NCBI GenBank assembly: GCA_964016885.1
Contig: OZ024742.1
Location: 359,290,001-359,354,000 of the forward strand
Length of the DNA: 64,000 nt
Direction of reading: 5' to 3'
Source: Eledone cirrhosa
Taxonomy: Eukaryota
Under the pieces are notes generated by a model, which was not told where the DNA came from, did no database searches, and saw only the letters and a list, made by a program, of their open reading frames with translations. Below are positions 38,405 through 55,988 of the stretch, one piece after another (the stretch's first letter is position 1; each line of letters starts with the position of its first letter). Made by a program: the position numbers and the translations under genes.

Positions 38405-41400
38405 TCCTTGAATCTCAGTCATTGATGTTGGTTAACTGGAAAGTCCGTTGGAATGAATATCAAGCCACTACCTGCAGCCTCGGATATTCAGGACGTATCG
38501 GAGGGTTCTTGCTGTTCCAAGCAAGCATGCCTTTTGAAGCGTTCAAAAAAGCGTGAAGCGGCCGATTTTCTTTAACCATCCCTGGAAACTTTTGGAGATA
38601 GTCCCCAGTGCGCCTATGACAATCGGGATCACTTTGACTTCATGGCAGTTCCAAATCCTTTTCACCTCCCACTTTAGGTCCTGCTATCAGTTAATTTTCT
38701 CCCTCTCCTTCTCTTGCACTCTCGTGTCGAAAGGGCAGGCCACATCAACAATCAGACACGATCTTTTTTCTTTGTCCACAACCACCAGGTCAGGTCTATT
38801 GTGTTCCAGTTTCTTGTCCGTCTGTATCCTAAAATCCCACAGCACCTTCACCTGATTGTTCTCCATCACCGCCTCTGGCCTATGCTCATACCATTTCTCA
38901 GAATGTGGTAAATTGTTTACTTTGCACAGGTGCCAGTGGATCACCCTGCCCATCACATCATGTCTCCAGCCCTTATAGTGAGTCTGGGCTAGGTGTTTAC
39001 ACTCGGATACAATGTGAGCCACAGTCTCCTCTCTCTTTCCACAGATCCTGCACAGTGGGCTAGCCTCCTCCTTGTAAATATGGTGTTTCAACCACTTCGT
39101 TTTGAGGGCCTGCTCCTGCGCAGCCATTAACATTCCTTCTGTAGCCTTTTTGAGGTCTCCTCTTCTCAACCAGCTCCATGTCTGTGGATCTCTAAATTCA
39201 GTTTTCTCAAAGAAGGTACTATGAAGGGATTTTCCATGAAGGCTGCTCTTTCTCCTTGATGTTATTTCCTCCTTGGACATCCCCTGGCCTACTGTCCCCT
39301 CCTTCAGTACAGTTCTGAGCATTGGCTCCTTACTATCAGTCACGTATTTGTATAGGTTGTTTTTCTCCATCTGAACACAGCCCTCTATGCTGATAAGACC
39401 TCTTCCACCCTCAGATCTCCTTAGGTAGAGTCTATCGATATCACTCCTCTTGTGGAACATGTTGTAGATAGTCAATAGCTTCCTAGTCTTCCTATCCATT
39501 TCTTTTTGTTCAGCAACATTCCATCTCAGAATTCCCGCACTGTACCTAATAATAGACACAGCTCGGGAATTTACTGCGCTTATGGCATTTCTGCTGTTCA
39601 GATGTGACTTCAATACGCTCCTTACTCTCCGAATGTATTCAGTTCTTAACAATTCCTTCATTTTTCTGTTCTTTATGCCATCAGCCTCCAGAACGCCCAA
39701 ATACTTGTATCCTTCCTCAGAGTCAATTTCCTTTATCATCTCACCTGTTGGTATCTGGATTCCGTTACTTCTGCTCAACCTACCCCTCCTCATCACAATG
39801 ACTCCACACTTACTAATACCAAACTGCATACATATATCACTGCTGAAAATACGGACAGTGTCAACAAGCACATCCAACTCCTTCTCACTCTTCTCGAAGA
39901 GTTTAAGATCGTCCATGAAGAGGAGGTGATTGATGGTAAGCCCTCCCTTTCCCAACTTGTATCCTGCTCTCACTTTTCGCAGCACAATGGTCAAGGGCAT
40001 CAGGGCAAAGACAAACAACAGAGGGGACAGGCTATCTCCCTGGAAGATACCTCTCTTGATCTTCACGCTTCCCAAGGATTCTCCAGTTGATGTCAACTCT
40101 GTCTCCCAGGACCCCAAACTCCTGCCCAGCAACTGTCTGATGTTATCTGCCACCTTGAAGATCTCCAGGATTTTGGTGATCCAAGAGTGAGGCACCATGT
40201 CAAATGCCTTTCTGTAGTCTATCCATCCCATGGCAAGATCAGTGTGTCTCCTCCTGCAATTCCCCATTACCCTCTTATCAATAAGTAACTGGTCCTTTGT
40301 ACCACGTGACTTCTTTCGGCATCCTTTCTGTTCGTCCGGTAACAAGTTGTTTGTGTGGAGGTGGTGGTAGATTTCCTCAGTCACAATGCTGGTCAACAGT
40401 TTCCACATTACGTGATAGGTCTATAGTTGGTAACATCATTACCCTTGATTCGGTCTTTCATTATCAGAACTGTGATACCTTTTGTCAACCACTCTGGCAG
40501 CTCACCCGACACCAAGCAGTCATTGAACATGGCCGTCAGTTTCGGGTGGAGGGATGTTAAATTTTTAATCCAATACCCCTGCACACCATCTGGGCCTGGT
40601 GATTTCCAGTTGGTTAGTTTTTTGGCCTGCCCCTTAAGAGTTTCAACTGTGATACTCAAATCAGTTTGTTGGTGTGCCTGCTCACCGATCTCCCTCTGTA
40701 CTGTCTCAATCCACCCTGCCTGGTCATTATGTCTAACATCCTGCTCCCATATTCTTCTCCAGAATGTTTTAGTTTGTTCCGCCTCAGGGATCAAGTCGTT
40801 GCCTCTTTCTTTCCCCTCAAGCTGTCCAAACAGCATCTTCTGGTTGTTGTCGAACATGCGGTTCTGTTTATACTGACTGACTCTGTTCTCGTATCGCCTG
40901 ATTTTTGCACTCTTTGCTACAATGCGTTGCTTCAGTTCCTCTATGATAATATTTAGCTTTTTCCTCCTAGTTTTGTACTTTATTTCCAGTCTATTTTTAG
41001 TGCCTATGTTTTTTAGTGTCCCATTCTGTAGTGACTCAAGCTTTCCTATGTCATTTCTCATTTCCTTGATTTGACCACTCAGTCATTCCTTCCACCAAGG
41101 CTTTGCTCTTTCTTGTCTGTTGTTTCCTCTCGCTTTTATACCAAGTAGTTTCCTCACCGTATTTGCTGTTGCTTTGAGGATATTGTTTCACTGGTGAAGG
41201 CTCCTCGCCTCAAGGTATGGGATGAATTTGTTTACCTTAGCTGTTGTTTCTTTTAACTTTTTCCTGTCTACAAATCTTAGGTTCATAGGTCTCCCACTAT
41301 CATTGTTCAATTCATCTACCACTAAATTTAGGATGTCAACCGAATCTTGTCCTAGCCCGTCAGCATTCATCTCCTCAGTGGCCGTATCTCTGTTCCAGGT

Positions 41401-43110
41401 ATTATTTATCTCAGTATTCAGATCATTGTCTGCTTCGGGTGGTTCCTCCGTTCTCTCGACCTCTTCACCTTCATTTCCCACTGGCTCGTTTGTCTGGCAT
41501 ACTACACCCTCCATCTCCAAGCTATTCTCTCTGCTCAGTTCCTCCAGTTCCAGCTCGCTTATCCATCCATTAATTCTTATTACCCGAGCCTGCCCGGCCA
41601 ATTTTTGTTCATCTAATTTAAATAGACCCATCTCGTTCCAGATGTTATGCATCCGTCTCCTATAGCCCCTCTCCTTGGGGTTACTTTTCAGGTAACATTG
41701 CATAACAGTTCTATTCAATTCTTTCGTCCAGTTGGTTCTGGCCCCTTTCCTTCTTCTTCTTCCTCCAACACCAGCAGTATTTGGTTGACAGTCAGGTTCC
41801 TGCTGCTGAGCCAGGGAGCCCTGTTGGGTGAGAGTCTGTCACATGACGTTCTAGTCTCCATTTCACCGTTATTCGAATTGTTTAGGTTCGATATTTAAAC
41901 ACTCTTATCGAGGATTGGCGAATGTATGGTTACATAGCCATCTGTGGTTTCACCGTTTCCGGTGGTTGCGCCGTTCCATTTGGCACTTGTGTGGCATTAT
42001 CACCACGCTGTAGACGAACACAAATAAACAAACAAACACACAGGCATAAAAAAACCAAAAAATGAATAAGCATAAGTTTCATTGTAATGTAGTCTTCGAA
42101 TGTCTGACTTAGTTTTTCCCTTCTCTTCTCTGTCCGTCCGCTTGTTTCTCTCTTCATTCTTATTTTCTTTACGTTTTTTTTTGTTTTTTGTTTTTGTTTT
42201 TCTCTGTTTGTATTTCTCGTTTTTTGCTGTTGTTGCTGTGCTGTTTTGGTTTTGATGTTTGTTTTTTCTTTTTTCTTTTGAGTCTATCTATATATTTTGA
42301 TGCCTTCCTCTTTTTTAGTAGGAATTCTATAATGTGGTGGCAGCAACTAGCAGAAGCAATGGTAGACAGTAGCGGCGGTAGCGATACTGAGACAGTGGTG
42401 GTGGTGATGTCGATACCGAGGCAGTGGTGGTGGTGATGTGATCGTATTACTGTAGTGATGGTGTTGTAGCGGTGGTAGCAATGAAGGAGTGGTGGCGGCG
42501 GTGATGGTGGGATAGTGGTAGTAATGATGGCAGCAGTGATGGTGTTGTTGTAGCGGTGGTAGCAATGAAGGACTGATGTCCGTTCGGTGAATCTATGGGG
42601 TTAGTCGCGTATATGTGTGTTGACCTAAATTCCCTTAATGTTGGGATTAAACAGTTTGTTAAGACTTGGGACAATAATAATAGTATTTATTATTATCCTT
42701 ATTATGTTAAGATTGGTTGTGGTGGTGGTGAAATTGCCGTTATCTGGCTGTTGTGTTTAGTGTACACAGAGAGGTGATGGGGTAGGTGGTGTATCTAGTT
42801 TCTGGTGTTGGTGAGATTGGTGTTGTTTGGCTGTTCTATATAGTGTAGACAGAGGAGGGGGGGATTCTTCTTCCATTTATAGCCATTTTCTTTTTTGAAT
42901 ATACAATGTTCAATACACAGTTGAATATTTGAATATTTGAGCCTTATAACAATATATTTTGGGTCCGAATTTTGTTGGGGCTCAAGCCGGATGCTTTACG
43001 TAGCATTTGTACTAAGAGTTGTTATTTCACAAATGATTTAAATATGTTAAAAATTCCAAACTTACGGGAGCGATTTCATGACCTTCTACCACCTCGTGCG
43101 TCTTCTTCCC
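38405..43110 (-). mobile_element. Full-length R4/Dong-like element, copy 2
   Basis: Colinear with copy 1 from the 3' end (ttccttgaatctcagtc) to the 5' end (gtgcgtcttcttccc), and flanked by (TAA)n. Confidence 0.9.
38480..41860 (-). pseudogene. Disrupted ORF of Dong-like copy 2
   Basis: Stops at ~41188, ~41084 and ~38687, a ~10-bp deletion at ~40411, and the terminal TGA replaced by CGA. Confidence 0.9.
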
Positions 43111-43170
<60 letters not shown>

Positions 43171-43452
43171 CATTCTTCTTCTTCTTCTTCTTCTTCTTCT
43201 TCTTCTTCTTCTTCTTCTTCTTCTTCGCCTTTTCTTCTTTTTTCCTTCTTCTTCTTCTTCTTCTTCTTCTTCTTCTTCTTCGCCTTTTCTTCTTTTTTCC
43301 TTCTTCTTCTTCTTCTTCTTCTTCTTCTTCTTCTTCTTCTTCTTCTTCGCCTTTTCTTCTTTTTTCCTTCTTCTTCTTCTTCTTCTTCTTCTTCTTCTTC
43401 TTCTTCTTCTTCTTCTTCTTCTTCTTCTTCTTCTTCTTCTTCTTCTTCTTCT
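43111..43452. repeat. (TTA)n followed by compound (TTC)n
   Basis: Directly visible. The interruption gccttttcttctttttcc recurs three times. Confidence 0.95.
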
Positions 43453-43905
43453 CCCCCCCTCCTCCTCCTTATACACAGGTAATGCTCGCTATTTGCCATG
43501 CCTCTATGGGTTTACATTCCAACTTATCCGATATTTTCCTGTTAAACCTGAAATTAAACAGCTTACAATATGCTATCATATTCTCAAAATTCCCACACAC
43601 GCACAACCATGTATATATATATATTTTTTTTAGTATATGTTGGTTGTATACCAACACCTCTGTATGCAGATTGGGGCACTCGACGAAGTGCGCACGTTGG
43701 TTTGGTTACTCCGGAGTAATGTAAAATAAACTAAAATAAATAAGTCAAATATTTAAAATTTGGCTTCGTTTATTACTGCTATATATATTTATGATTCCAG
43801 TTCCTCAGTGAAATAACAACCCAACCAGGAACTGGGCATATCAGAGTATTGACAACGTTAAATACCTCAACAACGTGTGTACCTGTCTCTACCACACTAA
43901 TTCGG

Positions 43906-43960
43906 ACTGCCTAAAGAGGTCACAGCCAAAGGTGGCTGTCACCGAAATATATATTGCAGT
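43906..43960 (+). ncRNA. Hammerhead motif with a mutated core (CUAAAGA)
   Basis: acugc CUAAAGA ggu-cacagcca-aagg-uggcugu-cacc GAAA uauaua UU gcagu. Paralog of 45185-45237. Confidence 0.65.
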
Positions 43961-44019
43961 AATAAACGAAGCCAAATTTTAGATATTTGACTTATATATA
44001 TATATAATTATAATTGAAT

Positions 44020-44152
44020 ATAAAAGAGAAATAAACAGAGATATATAGACATATGTGTTCAAATTGTAATTTTTTCACCCTAGAGAACCTGGTCCATTAC
44101 GATTTGAACACATATGTCTATATATATGTCTTTATTTCTCTTTTATATTCAA
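44020..44152. repeat. Inverted repeat with ~45-bp arms
   Basis: ttgaatataaaagagaaataaa..atatatagacatatgtgttcaaat versus atttgaacacatatgtctatatat..tttatttctcttttatattcaa. Confidence 0.8.
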
Positions 44153-44437
44153 TGTATAATATACGGCTCGGAAAAACCTTGAGCTATTTAATTGTAAGTT
44201 TGTAAGTGACTATTTTGAGTTTCTAACTTAATATATACCTTTGATATATATATATATATATATATATATAAAGAATTAATATATCTACCGACATATGTAT
44301 ACAGATGCATATCTATGCTAGCAAATATATATGTTTTGTCTTAGTAACTTTGTGGTTCTATGCAGGGGTATGCAGAACAATTATATGAAAGACGTAAATA
44401 AGAAAGTTATGAAAATTGACTTACTTACTAAAATTTC

Positions 44438-44518
44438 ACTCCAACTAATTAGTTTCTGTAAGGGGATAAATATAGTTACGTAATATAACTGTAGAGAAGC
44501 CCTACGTCATCAGGGAGT
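44438..44518 (-). ncRNA. Type I hammerhead motif between ~165-bp direct repeats
   Basis: acucc CUGAUGA c-guaggg...cccuuac-a GAAA cuaauuag UU ggagu. The direct repeats are 44268-44436 and 44793-44958. Confidence 0.75.
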
Positions 44519-44958
44519 CTATTATCAGCTAAGCTTCCAGGCAATGCGGGGACACTGGTAACTTATATAAAAATAATTCAGTGGATGGAAAAAAGCGAGC
44601 GGGGCTAGATTCCAAGACATTGAAAAATTCACTGCCTACTTGTTCAAGTGGCAAATTCAAAAGAATCAATCACGTGACACTGAGGTTAATCAGCCAGGAG
44701 TGGGGGTGCTATTAAGACAGGGCCTAACCACTACTGTCAGTCACAGTAGTAATTTCGGTAAATTTTGCTCAACAAATAATTTGGAGATAGTTATAAAGAA
44801 TTAATATATCTACCGACATATGTATACAGATGCATACCTATGCTAGCAAATATATGTTTTGTCTTAGTAACTTTGTGGTTCTATGCAGGGTGATGCAGAA
44901 CAATTATATGAAATACGTAAATAAGAAAGTTATGAAAATTGACTTACTTACTAAAATG

Positions 44959-45036
<78 letters not shown>

Positions 45037-45184
45037 TGAGTATATGTTGGTTGTTTACCGACACCTCAGTATGCAGATTGGAGCACTCGACGAAGTACGC
45101 AGGTATGTTTGGTTACTCCAGAGTAATGTAAAATAAAATAATAAGTCAAATATTTAAAATTTGGCTTCGTTTATTAAAGATGTA

Positions 45185-45237
45185 CTGCTATATATATTTC
45201 AGCGACAGCCATCATTGGCTGTGACCTCTTCAGGCAG
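45185..45237 (-). ncRNA. Type I hammerhead motif, intact core
   Basis: cugc CUGAAGA ggu-cacagcca-auga-uggcugu-cgcu GAAA uauaua UA gcag. Confidence 0.8.
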
Positions 45238-46439
45238 GTCCGATTTGGTGTGGTAGAGACAGGTACACATGTTGTTAAAGTGTTTTACTCCGTCAATACT
45301 CCGATATGTACAGCTCCTGGTTGGGTTGTTATTTCTTTGAGGAACTGGAATCATATAAATTCGAACAAACGAATTTCAGCATCATAGGAGACTCTCTCCT
45401 CCCATTGTTCAGCTGTGAGAACATTCCTAAGTCAAAAGTCTATAGAAATTTTTTTCTAGGCAAGACAATCTGTTGTGGTTGTTTTTGTTAAGTACAGCTG
45501 ACCTCCTCCCTTGTGTTTATTGGTGTTACGGGGGTTATCTGGCAGGTCAGCTTTAGTTCTACTGCTGCTGTGTTTAGAAGAATGTGTGTGGGGGGGTTGA
45601 CATCCATCTTGCCACCATTTCACGTGGTGTTGGGTGCCAAACAGATAAAGAAATAAAAATAATAATAAAATAATAAAATAATAAAATAAGATACAATAAA
45701 ATGAAGAAATAAAAAAATAAAAAGATAAAATGAAAGAATAAAATAGAATAAAATTCGTCTGTGTTTTAGCCAATATCAAATATCAAAGAAGAAATTAAAA
45801 AAATAAAAAAATAAAAAAATAAAAGAATAAAATAAAATAAAATGCGTGTGTGTGATAGCCCATATCAAAGTTTGAAAGATTTGGAAAATATTGACTGAAG
45901 TAGAAAGGCTGTGTGTCAGAATCGGGAAGTGCAAAGGATTACAATCTTTACACTATCATGTGGTGGGGCGTTTTAAGAACAAATGAGGCAAGAGTGGAGT
46001 GTAAAACACCAGAACCTGAGTGTCAAAATCCGGAAATGCAGAGGACCACAGTATTTAATTCGGCATAGACTACATATGCGTGTATGTCAACTCACATCGT
46101 TGCAAGCACACACGCACAAACACAGGCCCAGGTGCATCCCATATGCACACACACACACACACGCCCACACACACACATTATACACACACACACACCCATA
46201 TATATATATATGTATATATATACGGACACACACACGCACGCACACACACACACACACACACACATGTAAGTATCTGTGCATGTACAATCTTAAATAACAG
46301 TAACTATGTATGGACATATGCATAAGACTGTGTTGCCATAGGAGTCGATCGAGGCAGGGGTATGGGTGGTGATTGTGTAGGGGGTGGTTTACCGTGGGCT
46401 CGGTGTGGCTGGGTCTACTGTCCCTATAGCTTGAGGGAA

Positions 46440-47700
46440 GTTCCCATCCCAATGCCTTGTTATTGTCCATATAGCTTGAGGAATGTCCCGGCCCTGGGGT
46501 GTCTACATGTTCCGAAGAAGGTAGTCCTGAGCTTTATCAGGCTGCTTCCACCGCTGAGTATCTCGAACGTCTCGCTCAGACAAAGTTGGCAGATGCCAGA
46601 TCCCCCTATCAGGTGGTACTTTCCTGATTTTGGACCAGGCAAGAGAGTACGGGGTCCTGTCCAGCTTGAGCTTCCAGATCAATTCAGAAAGAGCCGTACT
46701 TTTCCCTTTGTCCTCCCTATTAAAGGAATGGCCATGGTTATACCATCGGTCTTTAAAGCTCGTTGGTGTGGCTCCTATGTAAAGGTGTTCAGAGTTGGAT
46801 TTTTTTACTCTACATCCGTATATTAAGTTCTTCCTTAGGCATTCATTACTAAGAGGGAATAATGCTAGGTTTCTGCAGTGCAGGAGGTGGTCGACCTCCG
46901 CGTGTGTATTGTGGGGTTCCCGTTGCGTATTATATCGTGGTCCTCCCCCGGGCCCGTTGGGGGTCACTGGGTCTGTTTGGGTTACTGGGTCCACCTTTCT
47001 TTCCCTCCACACAGTTCTGCCGGGTGCTTATATTGCCAGCTTCCGGTTGTGTGTGGTTTTAAAGTCTACCCCTATTGATGCTAGCTATGTGCTGGGCCAC
47101 ATTTCGCGTGGTAGAATACGAGAGCTTTACAGTGTGTCTATTAAAGATCTTGCAGTATCTATGGTCCCTCGGGAAGCATTTATCTAGTGCTCTAAAGAAT
47201 GAACGGGCCATGCTCTTCTTTAGGGCCGCTGAGTATGGTGGGTTGTACCACGTGATTTTTCTGTGCCTACTCCTATGTGGGTGGGTTGTTGGGGAGTTGT
47301 TGGGTTGCTAGTGGTTCCCTCATTGCTGCTTCCCCTTTGGGCGCTGTGTTCTGCTAACTTCCCGGTCCGTATCTCTGGGGTGGTTGTTGCCCACGCTGGG
47401 ATTTCTACGATGGGTTGGTCTTCCATCAGTCCCGCTTCGTGTCTTGCGGTTGGGGGCGTCGGGCTCGGGGTGGTTAATATCACCCATGAGACCGCTACTC
47501 GTACTGGGTTTCCTACTGGTGTTCAGGTTTAGGGTGGTGTCTAGGAAGTTAACCACCTTTCTATTTGGGTTTAGTTTGATACTGAGCCCTTGGTTCTTAA
47601 AGAAATGCCGAATACGCCTCTTCATTCACTCCACCATAGTGGTGCTGTGGTCATAGACTGTGAAGAGAGCATCGTCACGATACAATCCGCCGCCCAGGTT
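46440..47700 (-). mobile_element. Penelope/Poseidon-like RT C-terminus + GIY-YIG, frameshifted
   Basis: GGLYRDDAL at ~47665-47692, then VNFLDTTLNL, WYNPPYS, LIYGC..YIGATPTSFKDRWYNHGHSF and CQLCLSETFEIL. Confidence 0.85.
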
Positions 47701-47977
47701 GTCCCCCTTGCTTCTGCTGGATACCACCAGAGGGCGTTAGCCCCCCGGTGTTTGCGTAGCTACGGCTTCCTAAATCCGTATTTCTTTGGAGATACGAAAT
47801 ATTTATACATATTGTATGAAGCTATGCTTGAAGCTAAATCCTATTTCTTTTTTATTATAAGTTGAGCCAACTTATGCAGCTTCATATGCAAATGAGATAA
47901 TCACCTCATTTACACAGACGAGAAAAGTATATATTCTCGCCTGTCTTCTAGTCCAGCAATCGCAAGCGGTGTGAGGG

Positions 47978-48021
47978 ACCGTCCTGACGAAGGCCAGTTA
48001 AGCCTGAAATGCATAGACGGT
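47978..48021 (+). ncRNA. Canonical minimal type I hammerhead ribozyme
   Basis: accguc CUGACGA aggc-caguuaa-gccu GAAA ugca UA gacggu, with stems I and II perfectly paired and stem III a ugca palindrome. It lies between direct repeats ~47705-47850 and ~48024-48160, next to the Penelope 5' truncation. Confidence 0.88.
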
Positions 48022-48169
48022 TGTCCTTGCTTCTGTTGGACATCACTAGAGGGCGTTAGCCTCCCGGTGTTTGCATAGCTACGGCTTCCTAAAACCGTAT
48101 TTCTTTGGAGATACGAAATATTTATACATATTGTATAAAGCTATGCTTGAAGCGAAATACTAATTCTTT

Positions 48170-48228
<59 letters not shown>

Positions 48229-48231
<3 letters not shown>

Positions 48232-48447
48232 CAGTCGATCGACTTTCGTCAAATCGGACCGAGGAAACAATGTTTCCATTGGTCTTTCCAATTGCTAATA
48301 CTATCTATCGGTCGCAACTCCAGGTAGAAGGAGCAACGTGAAATAAAGTGTCTTGCTCAAGGACATAAGGCATCGCCCGGTTCGGGATTCGAACTCACAA
48401 TCTCACGATTGTGAATCCAGTTCTCTAACCACTCAGCCACGCGCCTC
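48229..48447 (-). mobile_element. SINE family B copy
   Basis: gtgaaataaagtgtcttgctcaaggacataa..gggattcgaactc..tctaaccactcagccacgcgcc. Confidence 0.85.
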
Positions 48448-49192
48448 CATATATATATATATATATAATTTTCACTCTACATGTCTGAATACAATAAATG
48501 TAATATGAGTTCTTCGAATCTTAACTATAATAAAGAAAGGGGTGCGGGACTGCATTCAGAATATATTTTGTTATCCTGTTTGTAAAATAAGTTGGATTAC
48601 TTTGAATAAATAACGAATGAATATTACATAATTTATCTACTAAATTTCGTGGCTGTTGATTAAATATATTTTATAGCTTATTTAAAGATTCACTTCTTTA
48701 AAATTGTCAAATGCCAACACTTCTGATTAGCGGCCGTTATATTATAACACTTATAATCGCATATATTTCAGTCGCTAATTTTGTCCTAATGCAGCTTATA
48801 TATAATACCGTATTTTTTTATGTATCATGGATTACGTTACTGATTACATAAGACAGTGTAACACAGACTTCGTTCAATTTCTGTGTATATTGTCAATTAC
48901 GATTTTATTTACATGCATATATATTTGTGTATAATATCAATATATACACTACACATAATAGTAGAAAACCACCCGAAGGGTGGTTTTTCTGCTACTATTA
49001 ATAATAACATTCGATTCGTTTGCAATTATGCAAACACGCCTCATTTTTAAAGCCATGTCAGTAGATCTGTTAATATGCAGATCTGACTGACCGGCCAGTC
49101 TGCTAATATGCAAATCAGGCCGATCAGTCACTGTATATTTTAGAAAATAGCATATATTTTCACTAGCTCTGACAGTTGGCAGGTGAACAGTG

Positions 49193-49240
49193 AACTGTAC
49201 TGATGAAGGGTAATACCGAGAAACATTAGTGTCTGCAGTT
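49193..49240 (+). ncRNA. Type I hammerhead motif enclosed by ~70-bp inverted repeats
   Basis: aacugua CUGAUGA ag-ggu-aau-acc-ga GAAA cau-ua-gug UC ugcaguu. The inverted repeats are ~48997-49065 and ~49282-49350. Confidence 0.7.
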
Positions 49241-50161
49241 CTGTTTACATGCCAACACAAGAGCAAGAATGAGGGGCTGATTCTACTGACATGGCTTTAA
49301 AAATGAGGCTTGTTTGCATAACTGCATACGAATCGAATGTTATAATTAATATTCGAAAAACTCAGATTACATTTATTATATATATATATATATATATTCA
49401 GTATGTGTGTGTGTGTATGTGTTTGTGTGTGTATGTGTATATATATTCAAATTCAGCTTCAACATAGCTGTTTACATACATATATGTGAAATATACGGTA
49501 TGTTTAATAAATAAACATTTTGAAAGCCAAGCTATGAATATTGAAGGCTGTCAGCTATTGCCGTCTAGCGGATTCCAGCAGAAGCAACGAGGGATAACTC
49601 CCTATGTGTATTTTGAACTTAATGGTTATAATCAGGACAGTGTTTCCTTGCTGCCTCTTGCCTGAATTTCAAAACAGTGGAGAATATATAGTATTTCCGG
49701 CTGTGTACGTGGGCTGATTAGCCTCATTTGCATATGAAGATGTATAAATTGGCTCAACTTAAAAGTACAATTAAAATTTAGCTACGTTTTTTACCTGTGT
49801 TACGATCACCGATTTATCGCAACTCGTAATTTATTCTAAAGCAAAAGTTTTCTCTTCCTTTGCTTTAACCCGTAACTCCTAAAGGTGGCGTAGTGGGGCT
49901 GCAGTGCCAAACAGCGCTTATTTGTATTTTTATAACCTGGCAGATGTCATGTCCACTCCAGGTCTAAATACAACAAATTTCCACCAGAGAGAGAGAGTAA
50001 AAGAGAGGAGATGCGAAAGAGATATAGTGTAAGAATCGACCACAAGGTCTAGATTACTAATCTATTTATCGATTTCGAAATCATGAAGGGCAAAATTGAT
50101 CTCGGTTCTAGTCACGATACTGCTTCTGGGATCACTGGCTTAGGATGATCCCAGCCTCATC

Positions 50162-50306
50162 GAAGAAGAAGAAGAAGAAGAAGAAGAAGAAGAAGAAGAA
50201 GAAGAAGAAGAAGAAGAAGAAGAAGAAGAAGAAGAAGAAGAAGAAGAAGAAGAAGAAGAAGAAGAAGAAGAAGAAGAAGAAGAAGAAGAGGTAGTAGTAG
50301 TAGTAG
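50162..50306. repeat. (GAA)n then (GTA)n microsatellite
   Basis: Directly visible. Confidence 0.95.
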
Positions 50307-51235
50307 TGCTGAAGTCTCGCTGCATAGTCTTCTGGTGGTCATAATTGACGGCGGAATGTATATCTTCCAATTAAATCTTGTGAAAGAAATAAACATCTGT
50401 GACTAGTTATGGAGGATGACTAGTTGTCATGTAAGATCGAATGAGATTAAATCTAACACATCATTATGTTGGGATTTATGGAGATAGGGCATACCGCTGA
50501 CCTGTTCTTAAATAATAGGCATTAAAAGTGTGATGGCTATAGCAATGACAGTGGTAAGACGTACAATGATAGCCGTGATGATGATTATATTGTGGAGTAT
50601 AGGACGACGGGGATGGTAAGGGAGAAACGAATGGTATAAACCTTAAATTTTATAGTGGAATAAAGTTGTTTACTTTTGGGATCAACGAAATGTAAAGATT
50701 TATATAGCATTACATCTCGCCATTCTACACATGCTTCTCTATTTTACATATCTATTGTTCAGCTTACTATTATGTACTTTTTCCCAAAGCTCAAGTGAAT
50801 AACGCTTTATTTATATTTGCAACGACAAAATATAAAGGAGAAATACAAAATTTAGATTGTTTAGGCTGACAAGTCACAATTTAAATAATATAACCAGTAA
50901 AAGGTGACATTTCGAGGAAGAAATCATTGTAAGATTGAATAAACGAATATAGATAAAGGCAGCATTCACGTTTAGAATATAAAACACCGGGCGAGTTCTT
51001 GACAGATGATTGACATATGGAAAGAAACTGTCATCGTTTGAAAGTTTAATTTCGAGTTTATGAAAACATTAAAAATGAGCTATTTCATAATTAAATAAAT
51101 ATAATACAGAGTCACTACAAGTTCAGAGGGCTCTTCTTCTTCTTCTTCTTCTTCTTCTTCTTCTTCTTCTTCTTCTTCTTCTTCTTCTTCTTCTTCTTCT
51201 TCTTCTTCTTCTTCTTCTTCTTCTTCTTCTTCTTC

Positions 51236-51435
51236 NNNNNNNNNNNNNNNNNNNNNNNNNNNNNNNNNNNNNNNNNNNNNNNNNNNNNNNNNNNNNNNNN
51301 NNNNNNNNNNNNNNNNNNNNNNNNNNNNNNNNNNNNNNNNNNNNNNNNNNNNNNNNNNNNNNNNNNNNNNNNNNNNNNNNNNNNNNNNNNNNNNNNNNNN
51401 NNNNNNNNNNNNNNNNNNNNNNNNNNNNNNNNNNN
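51236..51435. other. Assembly gap (200 N)
   Basis: Run of N between (TTC)n and (TA)n. Confidence 0.99.

Positions 51436-55988
<4,553 letters not shown>

Noticed and set aside
33958-41898. Plus-strand ORFs overlapping the LINEs
   Set aside because: They are antisense shadows of the RT ORF, duplicated only because the element is duplicated.
42972-43724. 250-aa hydrophobic ORF
   Set aside because: It is a translation of (TTA)n/(TTC)n.
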